Below the pieces are notes generated by a model, which saw only the letters and a program-made list of their open reading frames with translations, did no database searches and was not told the DNA's origin. 64,000 bases of DNA from the human T2T-CHM13v2.0 reference genome, Homo sapiens. Position 1 is the first letter of the stretch. Every line of letters starts with the position of its first letter. Of this stretch, positions 51,621-64,000 are shown piece after piece. The stretch lies in the NCBI RefSeq assembly GCF_009914755.1, contig NC_060939.1. One strand, written 5' to 3'. The position numbers and the translations under genes are program-made.

Positions 51621-53375
51621 GTTGCAAACTGTTTGAATGAAGCTTTCTCTCTCCTTTGCCAGCTGCAGATTCATAGTCCAGCCTCTTGTCATTGACCTTT
51701 CCAAAGGAAATGCTAAGGCTGTCTGAATTATCGGGGCAGACCGTGCAGAGCAGAGAAAGGGGGGCCAGAGGACACTTAGAAACAGCAGAACTTGTATTTA
51801 ACTCCCTTGCTTGGGACTGATAAACCTCCCTTGCAGGATTATGATGATCACAAGAGTACTCAGCACTTAGTACGTGCTCAGGAAGTGCCAGCTCCTTCTC
51901 CTTTCCTTCCAGTCTAGGCCTCCATCTCCAGAACCCCTGCTGTTCCCCTTGCCTGTGCCAGACTTGTGGATCTTGATAGCTCCCTTGTCTGTAAGGATCC
52001 TTCTCTCCCTAAGACCCTGTCTGGTTCACTTTCCAGCAGTTTTTCTTTCCAATCCCGTGCCTCTGTCCCTTTAGGAGCATTCTGTATGTGTGTCCTCTGC
52101 CTTAGACCCTGCCTTTTGCTCCCTGGCTTGTGGCACCAAAGTTTAGGAAGTGGCTGAGTCAGCAGCCTAGTCATGCCAAGCCTCCCTTGACAAAGTCCCT
52201 CTCAGATGGGCCTGGGATGGCAGTGGGTATGTGGGATGAGTGCCAGCCATCTCTGCTGCTCCCCTGTACCTCTTTTCCCTCAAAGTACATGCGTCAGTAT
52301 GTAAACTGCAGTAATTCAGAAGCTTATCCAGGTTAGCAGTTCTTGACTATTTAAGAATCTGTGGTGTCCCCTCCACAGAATGCAAATAGACTGAGTTTGG
52401 CAACAATTTCAGACTGCTCAAGGACTCCCTTTAAGCCGCTCTAAGCCCCTCTATAGAACCCTTGTCCCAGCTGACTCTCCATCTCCTCAGTTGAAGAAAG
52501 TACCATACCCAAGGTGATAGGTTTTGTTAGTTAACAGAGCCACGACAAGGACTCAGATGTTCAGACTCCCCATTCTAGTGCTCATTCCACTCTTTGGAGC
52601 CTCCACCCAAGGTCCTGAATTAAAGTGAGGCTGTTAGTGTTTACTGTTGCAAATGCCAGATGGTATTATGAGTAAGGGAAAGTGGTCCAGCTCTACCCAG
52701 CTTGCAGAGTGATTTCCAACTCAGTACTTCATTCCACAAACATTCACTCATGAAAGGGTGCCTGCCATGTGCCAGGCACTGGGCTGAGGGCCCAGAAAGG
52801 AGGACACAGCCCCTGCTCCCAAGTTTACTGAGGGAGGCAGACAGATAAAGTCAACAATTATGACAGAGCCCGAGGGCTTTGATGGAGGCCTCAGAGAGAA
52901 AAGACGCCACAGGGAGGGGCCCTTGGCCCTCTATCTGCTCAGAGCCTGCTTAAAAGTCATGCACCTAAGGTGCAGAAACACAGTTAAGTTCTCCTTCATC
53001 TTACCTCAAACTCATGGTCTTCCACTGCTCAGGCAGACTACCTCTACTATGGTTCCGTAGACAAAGCTTTGAAGATTAGAGCAGCAGCGAACTAACCTTG
53101 ATCTCATCAGCTTTGCATTAGAACCCACTCTCTGACTGGATTAGGGGCTAGGTTGGGGTGGCTGTAACCTGAAGTATCTAGAAAATATGATGGGCTAGAG
53201 AATTTCACCTTTGGTTGTGTGCTGGAACACTAGCTGGGTAAAAGAGTTCAGAGGAGGATTTAGGAAAACACCTAGGCTCAGTTTGAGAATGGGAAGTGGT
53301 AGCGTCATTTACTAGTCAGAGTAGATTAAAATGATGAGATCAGGTTTGAAAAGTTGAGTTTAAGATGTCTCTGGA

Positions 53376-53661
53376 GGCCAGGTGTGGTGGCTGATGCCTG
53401 TAATCCCAGCACTTTGAAAGGCCAAGGTAGGCAGATCGCTTGAGGTCTGGAGTTTGAGACCAACCTGGCCAACACGGTGAAACTGTCTCTACTATAAATA
53501 CAAAAATTAGCTGGGTGTGGTGCCACATGCCTGTAATCCCAGCTACTTGGGAAGCTGAGAATCGCTTGAGTCTGGGAGTCAGAGATTGCAATGAACTGAG
53601 ATCGTACCACTGCACTCCAGCCTGAATGACAGCAAAACTATGTCAAAAAAAAAAAAAAAAA
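53376..53661 (+). mobile_element. Alu inside an L2 remnant
   Basis: TSD AAGATGTCTCTGG. Confidence 0.92.
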
Positions 53662-56011
53662 AAAGATGTCTCTGGGACAGGACACAAGGTGCCTTTGAGA
53701 AATTTCCTTGGGTGCAGGGGTCTGGAGTGCAGGGATACTATCAGGGGTGGAAATGTAAACTCAGGAGTCCTTTGCTCCTCTACTGAGCAGTACTGCACTG
53801 CCCCGCCACCCAGGAGACATTTGGAAATGTGTCAGGGAGGCTTGGTTGTCACGATGACTGAGGAGCACTACTGCGGACTTTATTCAGTTCATAGTGCTAT
53901 CTTGCACAACAAAGAGTTGTCCTGTCCCAAATAGTGCCCTATGGGGAATTATGGATGGCTGAGCTTGCCTGGGCTGAGTGAACCATGTAGAGTGAGAAGG
54001 AAAGAAGAGGAGGACATTACCCTGGAGAGAGCCCCAACACTGGAGGGGAAAGGGCAGAAAGAGTTGTCAGCAGAGGAGACCCACTGTGCTGCCTCAGGTG
54101 CACCTGCAGCTCAACACAGACCTTCTGGGCCCTCGCCACTCCTTCTCAGGCATGGTCTTCCACCAGCACCTCCACAGTGCCCAACCCAGACCCCGAGTGT
54201 GGTATCACTGCTCCTCCATCTTTTCCTTAAGACAAATAGGCTCAGTGGCTTGGGTTTGGGGTCAGTAGTAAACCAGAGATAGCAACTAGGAGGAACAATC
54301 CTGGGGAAGCTTTGAGGGGAACCACCCATTTTCCTCTCTGCAAGAGGACCAAAATGAAACCCAGAATTTCCTGGGCTTAATAAATTGTCAGCAAATGCAT
54401 TTTGGGGGGAAAAAAGCCTTGGTTGGATATGAACTACAAAAAAGATAAGAGGAAGTGGGGAGAATTTGACTGTTTTCTTCTTTTGATGTAAGACCACCAG
54501 CCACAGATTAAAAACCCTTCCATTTCTGGCTGGCTGGGGAACTGCAGCCCAGCAAACTGTGGCCGATTTAGGTATACAGGGGGGCAGGGTCTACTGATAA
54601 AATGGTTCAGTGCCTCAGGAACTCCTATGAAGGGAGTTGTTTGGGGAAACTCTCATTCCTAAGATCTTTTCAAAAAATGTATAAATTTTCAAGGGAAAAG
54701 TGTATCATTTAACTTACATCATTATTTGCTTTCCAAAAAGTGTATAAATCATTCCTAAAATCTGAAGCAGGTTTCCAAAGCATTCTGAAGCAGGAAGCAA
54801 TGTCTCAACCTTTCCCACTGCTGCCATCCTACTTGAGATAAGGCCAGGAACCAGCCAGCGTCTGGGGCAGTGGTTCTGTGGGGGAATGCGACCTTAGTCC
54901 ACTTTACTTGTCCTTTAACTGGCAGGAAGGAAACCTACCACACAGCCTCCCTACTGCCTAAGGAGACTGCACCATTCTCTTCTTTCTTGATGTATGGCTG
55001 CACGGAACAAAAAATTAAACTCCTCACCTACTAATTAGTTAATGATCACCTTGACCACAGCAAGGAGGAGCATTTATAAATTGGGTGGTAAGTCAGACAC
55101 ACACTAAGACCAGTGGTTTTCTTTTATAGTTAGGAGAACAAAACGAAACAACAATCTGAGACTTAAGGATTTTCGCTTTTCCCTTCATTTTGAATAGAGA
55201 AAGTTTGAGAGTTGGAGGGAGGAAAAGGGACTGATGACCAAGTTGATGTATAAAGAAGCAAACAGTGTCAGCTTGCTGGGGTTCTCTCTAAATGGAAATA
55301 GTACGAAGTTCCCAAACCAGGCTGGGGAGCCAGAGTGGGGTTTAGTCCCCCTTCTACTGCTGCTAGTTGTATGACTCAACAAATTATTTTCCACTTCAAC
55401 TTCCCCGTGAAATGGGGATAATGGTAGTATTCATCTTTGGTTGTATGAGGATTCAGTGGAACCAATTGTGCGTGTGAAAGGCCTAGCACAGCATTTAGCA
55501 CACTGTTAATGGTATGTGCTAACTGTGGAGATAAGCAGGAAGCCAGAGCCCCTGAGGACGGACACTTAAACCATATCAGCTTAAAAAGAGGTGGATGGAG
55601 ACCAGGGCCTTCAAACACATGAACAGTTTTCCTAACCAAATTATTATAATGTGGGCCCAGGCAATAATCTTGCTTTCCACTGTATTTACCAGTTTAATTA
55701 CTGTATGCCCCTTTGATCAGTCTATTGAGACCCAGAAGCTTTTAATTAGGAAATGAATTATGGATTCATGAAGTTAGAATATAAAATAGTCAAATTAGTT
55801 TTTACCCCATAGAAGCTATGTTTGGTGGTGGGGGTGGTGGGAAGCTTGTTTTTACAATGTAGGGTTCACTCGAATGGTAAGGAAATGCGGGGAATTAATA
55901 TATTGACTGCCTACTGCATTCCAGGCATGTGCTGGGAACTTTAATACAGGGCTTTACAAACTGTCCACAATGAAGGGCCAATTTTACTTTTTCCAGTCGG
56001 CCATGGACTGA

Positions 56012-56367
<356 letters not shown>

Positions 56368-57357
56368 ATTATATAAACATTTCTAAATGCTCCTCTCAAT
56401 TTCTGTACATTGCATTACAAATCAGTTCATCAATCACCCTCTGAGTGCACTTTATCTCCCTTCTTCCTGAAAGCTGGCTCTTCCTTCAGGCAGGAGCATC
56501 TGAACAGGGAGAAGTATAGGAACAAAACAGGCTCCATTTCCAGGAAACAACACCATGGAGGGGATGTAGTCAGATTTTTGTTATGATCAGCTATATGAGG
56601 AGACAATAAATTAAAGGGAAAAATAATAATTTCAGAATGATGGGTTAATGTTGTTTAATTATAAAGGGCAGAAAAATTAATATATTGGCATCAAGTTTAA
56701 ACATTACTCGGAGGTCCATGAAGATATTTCTTGAGTTTTTGTCCATTGAGGCAACGTATTATACCTTAGGTCAAAAGAATTGCTTTGACCTAAGCATTTT
56801 TAAATACTCTTATTTATTTTTAAAAATAAGATAAATCTATATCTGTAATACAGCACATTCAAAATGTCTATACTTTACTGTTAAGATTTTGGGGTGAGAA
56901 GCGGATGGTATAATGAGAGGGCATGAACATGGGCAGCTCAGATGGTCCTGTGCATCATGTCTGTTTCTCTGAGCCAGCTGCTTCTATGTGATCAGATTAA
57001 AGGGGCTGATAGTCATGAAGCAGGAGCTGGATTAAACCAGATTACCCTGATAGTGATGAGATGCAGGCTACTTAACCCTTACAAGTCAGAGACACTTGAG
57101 AGTGAAAAGAGAATGTGAAAATCCTCCAGAAAAAGAGAAATTGGGTAGCAGTAAGTAGCCCAAAGAACCATCTTTCTTGCTTTTATCTTAATTATGTTTT
57201 AACAACAAAACAAAACCCAAACTGGACATACCATTTCAAATTCAAAACAGGAAATTAAATCCAGTAAACACTCCCACCTCCACCAACAGCTCTGGAAAGG
57301 CAATGCCTTTGTCTGTGAAAGACCATGAGGCACAAAGGTAGCATTTTCCTCTCAAAG

Positions 57358-58241
57358 TGATGCAAGCTTTTTCTTGGCCCCTTCGCCAGACCTGTGGAGT
57401 ACTGGGCCTACCGTGCTCAACCCCTTGTGGGAGGGAGCACATGAATGAGTGAGTGCGGGATCCAGCCAGCTGCTCCAGGCACTGACACAGGAGCAAGCTC
57501 CTTGAGGGGAATGCAGCAGCACCCAGGTAAGGGTGTCCATGACCCTGAAGCCCCAGAGGGGCTGTTACAGTGCTCCTTTATTTCCACCGTCTGCAGATGG
57601 TGGCATGTTAGCAGCTCAGTTGGCCCCTTGCCTCGCTGCACGGGGCATGCCACTGGTGAGGGGCAAAGGGCCAGTTTGACAGCCTTTTCTGGGTACCTGT
57701 ACTTGGTGGGCCCTGAGCTCTTGTCCAGTGTCCAAGAAGAATGAGGTCACGCAGATGATTGAAGGATGGTGAAGGTGGAGAATTTTACTGAGCAATGAAA
57801 ATGGCTTTCAGCAGAGAAGGGAACTGGAGAGGGGATGGGAAGGGCAGGTCATCTTCCCAGAAGTCAGGTTGTCTCCTCCCCGAAGTCAGGTCATTTCCCC
57901 CTCTACCAACTGAGTCTGGGATCTTTATAGGCACAGGATAGGAAGTGCGTATTGATGGGTTTGTGAGTATGCAAAAAAGGTTAACGTGAAGACACCATGC
58001 AAAGGTGGGCAAAACAGTGTAGAAAACTACTTAGGAAAGGTTAGGTATATGTAAAATAGGTGAAGGGTGGGGATCAATCAGAGGAAAGCGTCCAAACAGG
58101 AAGACAAGTTCTTGATCCAGTCCCAGGATTTAACTTGTAGCTTGGCTTTCCGGCTTTAAACTGTCTTCTACTTGGAGGTGGAATTTCACTGGGTACCCAC
58201 CCCTATCTGCCTAGGCATTTGGCCACCTCCTTTTGCTATCA
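57358..58241 (-). mobile_element. ERV1 solo LTR (MER52/LTR27-like)
   Basis: Reverse strand starts TGATAGCAAAAGGAGGTGGCCAAATGCCTAGGCAGATAGGG; TG...CA termini; perfect 4-bp TSD AAAG. Confidence 0.82.
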
Positions 58242-59067
58242 AAAGCAGGAGAAGAAGCAAGCAATATCACAAATAGGATTTTACCATTCCATAAAAGCAG
58301 CCCTATTCTAAGGGGAGACCCTAGAATTATGGATGTAGGGGAAATTTCTCTTTAAAACTGCACAACAGAAATTAAGAAGGAGGAGAAATATGTACACGTA
58401 GATACAATATTAGCATCTAACTTAGAAGTCTTTTAGTGTGGCTGTTGAAGCTGGCAGTTTTCCCCAAATCAGGTTTGCACTAAGAACATTAATTACCAGG
58501 GAAAATACATTCAAATTTTGCAAAGTAATATTCAACTCAACAATTTTAAAAAACACAGAAATATTCAATTACATAGACCCGAACACAGTGAGCACTTATC
58601 AAGATCACGAACAGACTAGAGCATCTGACAAAGCTCAGAGACTTAGAATTTTTGCTCCATATATAGAACCATTTAATAAGATCATGTATGGTTATGTTCA
58701 TACACTTTGAATTAGGAGGAAATTTTAATATATTTATCCCTGATGAAAATTAAATAGTCCTTAACTATCCTGTGTGGATTCAATGCTAGGTGCTGGAGAA
58801 GTGCAAAGGAGAGAAAGGAGTCACCTCTCCAGCCTGGTGAGGACAGGGGAGGCTTCTTGCAGGAGGTGATGCCTGAGCACCAGTCCCAGTAACCAACTGC
58901 CTGTTGAACAGCTGTCATGTCAGGTTCCAGCCTACTTGTGCTGACTCCGACCAGGAGCCCAGAGGTTTCACAATAACTCAATGGCCAATTAAATGTGAGG
59001 CTTTCACATACCAACGATCATGCAAATATATTCAACACACACAGGCAGTGATAGGGGAGGTCGGGGC

Positions 59068-59362
59068 AGCCATGGTGGTTCACACCTGTAATCTCAGCAC
59101 TTTGGGAAGCTGAGGTGGGAGGATCACTTGAGGCCAGGAGTTTGAGACCAGCCTGGGAAAGACCTTGTCTCTACAAAAAATGTAAAAAGTAGCCGGGTGT
59201 GATAGCACACTCCTGTAGTCACAGCTACTCAGCAGGCTGAAGTAGGAGGATCGTTTGAGCCCAGGAGTTCGAGATTGTGGTGAGCTATTAATGTGCCAGC
59301 CTGGGCTACAGAATGAGAACCCATCTCTTAAAACAACAACAACGACAAAAAAAAAAAAACAA
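59068..59362 (+). mobile_element. AluJ-like
   Basis: Diverged dimeric Alu with GGAGGATCGTTTGAGCCCAGGAGTTCGAG. Confidence 0.88.
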
Positions 59363-59632
59363 CAGGGAATGAACCGTGGCAAGTAGCTCCAGAGACCAGC
59401 ACGCTGACTGATGAACAGATTTGGATTTCCCTTGAAACAACAAAGTGGGAGGAGTGTTGTTGCTGTTCTTCTCCCAGCAGAACTTATGGCAGCCTCTGTT
59501 CGTGAGGAGGCCTCAGAGTTCTCACGGGCAGAGCTTCTACAGGCTCTCGGCCATGGTCACTTTCTTTGCTGTTTTTATACCCTGCATAGGAATGTCCATT
59601 GTCATAACTTAGCCATCTTTTGGCTTCACTTT

Positions 59633-59776
59633 CTTATTTTATTTTATAAAATTAATTTTGGTGACAGGGTTTCACCATGTTGCCCAGGCTGGTCTGGAAC
59701 TTCTGAGTTTAAGCAATCCACCTGCCTCGGCCTCCCAAAGTGCTGGGATCACCGGTGTGAGCCATCCCGCCTGGCC
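59633..59776 (-). mobile_element. Alu monomer (FLAM-like)
   Basis: Single antisense Alu arm. Confidence 0.8.
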
Positions 59777-59959
59777 TTGGCTTCCCTTTCTTATCAAGTT
59801 TTGGGGTTGCCTGGCCACAGCAGGTGTTGTCATCTCAGTCCTACATACATATGCTTATCACTTTGAGCAGTCAGCAGTTTCACTGTGAGCTGAGTCACTT
59901 ATCATTGTGACTCCATTTTGTTGGTGGAAACAACCCAGATGTTATTCAAGTAATGAACA

Positions 59960-60350
59960 TTTTTTAAATGTGGCATATAGATATATAGTGGAATATTATT
60001 CAGCCCTGAAAAAAGTTTTGTCACATGCTGTGTTAAAAATAAACCTTGAGAATATTATGTTAATAAAAACAAGCCAGTGACAAAGTGACAGATAGTGTAT
60101 GATTCCACTTATATGAAATAAGTAGCCAAACTCACAAAAAGTAGAATGGTGTTTGTTAAGGGCTGCTGAGGGGGTAAAATGGGCAGTTGTTACTTAACAG
60201 GTATTCAGTTTCAGGTTTACAAGATGTGAAATTCTAGAGATCTGTTGTATAACAATGTGAATATAGACAACAATATTGAATTATACACTTAAAAAGATTT
60301 AAGATGGTAAATTTTATGTTATGTATTTTACCACAATATATTTTTATAAA
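59960..60350 (+). mobile_element. Old L1 (L1MA/MB) 3' end
   Basis: GGAATATTATTCAGCC...TGTATGATTCCACTTATATGA...ATGGTAAATTTTATGTTATG. Confidence 0.8.
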
Positions 60351-61207
60351 ACAATAACTAGAAGGAAAAAAAGACTCCATTTTGAGACATTTAGAATCAC
60401 AAAACATTATTATATATCAATAGCCCTACCTGGATGTCCCAAGACACCTCAGTCCCAGCATGTCCAAACCTAAGTGTCTCGTAATTCTTGTAGGAATTCA
60501 GAAGTCATCCCAGATGCCTCAATTCCCACCTCCTGCGGGATCTGAAAGAAGGAGAGGGATTAGGCAATGGGAAATGGGTGTAGTTGGAAGTGAGATGGGG
60601 GTGTGGTGGCCACCAGGTGAGGGGTTTAGGAGTCTCCAGGGTCACTGGTGACTTGATACAGATTTGCATTTCAGCAAGATTGTTATCAGCAGAACAAAGT
60701 TGAATGGAGCCAGGAGAGCTTGGGCTGGAGACCAGCTCACTGGACCTTGGGAGGAAATTCTACCTCCTACTTTGACCTCAAGTTTGCCAGGACCAACACA
60801 GCTAGAACAAAGCCTCTCATGACAAAATAGCCAATTGGGAAACCTTTGAATTTTCCTCCCACCCTTAAAACACGCTTCAGGCACTCAAGGGAAAGGGAAA
60901 ATGGAAGAGGAAAGGAAGAAAAACAGGGTCTCTTGCGCCCTGCAGGTGTGCAGGGCAGCCCTCCACAGGCCCACAGGAGGCTTGGCAGCAGGGAGCAGGT
61001 GACTGCTGTGCATCTGGGATGAGACCAGCACTTTCCCCACACACTGCTAGCTGTCCCCCACCCGAAGACAGTGGGAGCACATTGCACTCTTTCCACAACT
61101 GGCAGAGTCAAGCCTAAAAACTGCTAGAATCCCTTCACTTTCTTCCAAATGCCAGCCTTGTAGAGTGGTCAGATTTTCTTAATGTTGATATGAAAACCAT
61201 GAGAATA

Positions 61208-61515
61208 CAGTTGTCCTCGGTATCCTGGAGTAGGGGAAGGATTGGCTCCAGGAACCCTTTGTGGATGCCAGAATCCAAGGATTCTCAAGTCCCTTGTATG
61301 TAATAAAATGGTCTAGTATTTGCATATAACCTACATGCATCCTCCCATCTACTTTAAATCCCCCTAGATTACCTCTAATACCTAACACAATGTAAATGCT
61401 CTGTAAATAATTGTTATACAATATTATTCATTTGCATTATGTTTTATTGTTGTATTGCTGTTTTTTATTTTTTGAATATTTTTGACCTCAGGTTTGGTTG
61501 AATCCAGGATGCAGA
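61208..61515. mobile_element. MER2 (Tigger-derived)
   Basis: TA|CAGTTGTCCTCGGTATCC...TAGTATTTGCATATAACCTAC. Confidence 0.8.
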
Positions 61516-61548
61516 ACACAACTTTTCCACAAAATAATTTAAAATACT

Positions 61549-62070
61549 TGTCAAAAGATAAAATGACTGCAATTTAATTTAAAAGATTTTCTTTGGCTTT
61601 ATTTGCAATTCTAGAATTGGGCAACACTTCATTCCATAAAATAGCCTGTGTTCCAGTGAGGTAAACAGAGGAGGTTGGTTTTACAAACAGAAAAGAGCTA
61701 AAGAAAGCAGAAACACAAGAAAAAGCAGATTGGTCATTTCGGTTATTTTCCTTGTAAGGTGAGAACAGGGAAATAGAACAACAGAAAAATAACTGATTGG
61801 TTAAGATCAGGTTTCTTCAGGTCATTATTTTTTATTTTTTGGTAAGGATTAAAGTAGAGGGAACTTTATTATCATGCTGACTGAAACTGGCCTGTTTGGG
61901 ATATTTGGCTATTATCTCTCCTGATTTCTCGGAAGGTCATATAAGAACTTAGTTTTGCTTTGATGATGTGGAACTTTAGTATGAGTGGCTCCATTTTGGG
62001 TTTTTAATTCTGTTCTCTTGGGGCGCTGTGCAGGAGCAAAACAGTGGCCTCCTGTAATTTCTATTTAACA
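61549..62070 (-). mobile_element. ERV1 solo LTR (MER31/MER67-like)
   Basis: Reverse strand TGTTAAATAGAAATTACAGGAGGCCA...AAAATGGAGCCACTCAT; flanks TACT/TGCT. Confidence 0.75.
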
Positions 62071-62672
62071 TGCTTTACTCTTATCAAAAGGACAAGATTG
62101 TCCAGGGTTGGTTCAACCATAGTGTGAACTAATTATGGAAAAAGAACTTTGATTTTACTTCTTTTGTAATAAGAGTGAATGTATTTACTGAGTCGGCATT
62201 CCCTTTCATGATTATCATTATATGAAGGAGGAAATTGGGGCACACAGGGGTTACATAACTACCCTGAGGTCACGCAGCTGGTGGGGGAAGCCTGGGTTGC
62301 ATGTTGACAGGCAGTTCCAGAATCTGAGTTCACTGTGCCACTCAGGTTGGCTGGAGGAGGGAAAAGGCATCTTCCTTCCATTTCTGCTTGTGTTGAGGCT
62401 GTTGCTACAACCCAAGCAAGACGTGTTGAGGGAATCAACTCAGTTATGCAGGTGGAAGTAGAGGAAAAGGGACCAATGACGACATAGCTAGGAAATATAT
62501 ATTTAGGCTAATGTAAAAAAATGTATTTAGGAAAAGCAAGATAACATTTAGTATGTGAGAGGTACCTGAGATGATTCCATGTCCCCGCAGAGAGTACTTC
62601 CTGAAGTATTTCCATGAGTTACTTCAGGAGTGGGCTGGTAGGGCAGCGGGAGCAGCTGAAGGGGATAGAAGG

Positions 62673-64000
62673 TGAGAGGTGACAGCGTGCTGGCAGTCCT
62701 CACAGCCCTCTTCGCTCTCCGCGCCTCCTCTGCCTGGGCTCCCGCTTTGGCGGCACTTGAGAAGCCCTTCAGCCCACCACTGCACCGTGGGAGCCCCTTT
62801 CTGGGTTGGCCAAGGCCGGAGCCGGCTCCCTCAGCTTGCAGGGAGGTGTGGAGAGAGAGGCGCGAGCGGAAACCGGGGCTTCGCGCCGCGCTTGCGGGCC
62901 AGCTGGAGTTCCGGGTAGGCGTGGGCTTGGCGGGCCCCGCACTCAGAGCAGCCGGCCGGCCCTGCGGTTCCCGGGCAATGAGGGGCTTAGCACCCGGGCC
63001 AGCGGCTGCGGAGGGTGTGCTGGGTCCCCCAGCAGTGCCGGCCCGCCGGCGCTGCGCTCGATTTCTCGCCGGGCCTTAGCTGCCTTCCCGCGGGGCAGGG
63101 CTCGGGACCTGCAGCCCGCCATGCCTGACCCTTCCCCCGACTCCGTGGGCTCCTGTGCAGCCTGAGCCTCCCCGACGAGTGCCGCCCCCTGCTGCACGGC
63201 GCCCAATCCCATCGACCACCCAAGGGCTGAGGAGTGTGGGCGCACGGTGCGGGACTGGCAAGCAGCTCCACCTGCAGCCCCAGTGCGAGATCCACTGGGT
63301 GAAGCCAGCTGGGCTCCTGAGTCTAGTGGGAACTTGGAGGACCTTTATGTCTAGCTCAGAGCTTGTAAATATACCAATCGGCACTCGGTATTTAGCTCAA
63401 GGTTTGTAAACACACCAATCAGCACCCTGTGTCGAGCTCAGGGTTTATGAATGCACCAATCCACACTCTGTATCTAGCTAATCTGGGGGGGAGGTGGAAA
63501 ACCTTTGTGTCTAGCTCAGGGATTGTAAATGCACCAATCAGCACCCTGTCAAAACAGACCACTGGGCTCTAGCAATCAGCAGGATGTGAGTGGGGCCAGA
63601 TAAGAGAATAAAAGCTGGCTGCCTGAGCCAGCAGTGGCAACTCGCTGGGGTCCCCTTCCACACTGTGGAAGCTTTGTTCTTTCGCTCTTTGCAATACATT
63701 TTGCTACTGCTCACTCTTTGGGTACACACTGCCTTTATGAGCTGTAACACTCACCGTGAAGGTCTGCAGCTTCACTGCTGAAGCCAGCGAGACCACGAGC
63801 CCACCGGGAGGAACGAACAACTCCAGACGCGCCGCCTTAAGAGCTGTAACACTCACCGCGAAGGTCTGCAGCTTCACTCCTGAGCCAGCGAGACCACGAA
63901 CCCACCAGAAGGAAGAAACTCCGAACACATCTGAACATCAGAAGGAACAAACTCCGGACACGTCGCCTTTAAGAACTGTAACACTCACGGCGAAGGTCTA
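62673..64000 (+). mobile_element. LTR12C in SORD intron 1, running off the window end
   Basis: TGAGAGGTGACAGCGTGCTGGCAGTCCTCACAGCCCTC; CpG-rich U3; tandem CCAATC repeats; AATAAAAGC box; U5 tandem repeats. Confidence 0.95.

Noticed and set aside
62672-63409. Cluster of 80-135 aa ORFs
   Set aside because: GC-rich LTR12C U3 artefacts
63720-64000. Repeat-spacer-like array (GAGCTGTAACACTCACCGCGAAGGTCTGCAGCTTCACT)
   Set aside because: Standard LTR12 U5 tandem repeats, not CRISPR

Overview
Mammalian (human-like) genomic DNA, repeat-dense, with no prokaryotic features. I recognise it as the TERB2-SORD interval. It holds the last two coding exons of TERB2 (+; 1875-1963 and 6497-6636), about 44 kb of intergenic DNA made mostly of retroelements, and the CpG-island promoter, exon 1 (ATG at 51304) and first ~12.6 kb of intron 1 of SORD (+). 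Retroposed copies include U6 and U1 snRNA pseudogenes and a 5'-truncated UBE2D3-like processed pseudogene. Large elements are a full-length MST MaLR provirus, an LTR8/HUERS-P1-like provirus whose 3' LTR contains nested Alu > HERV9-like provirus > full-length L1PA > AluY, a second L1PA lacking its 5'UTR, and an intronic LTR12C. Almost all listed ORFs are Alu, L1 or LTR translation artefacts. I find no convincing new protein-coding system. The most unusual signals are structural: two inverted L1s sharing many non-consensus substitutions, each with a self-templated inverted insert; a third micro inverted triplication; an L1 inserted at the HERV RT catalytic motif; and several retroelement promoters pointing into SORD. 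Gene and repeat family names come from recalled sequences, not from a search; boundaries without a TSD are approximate.
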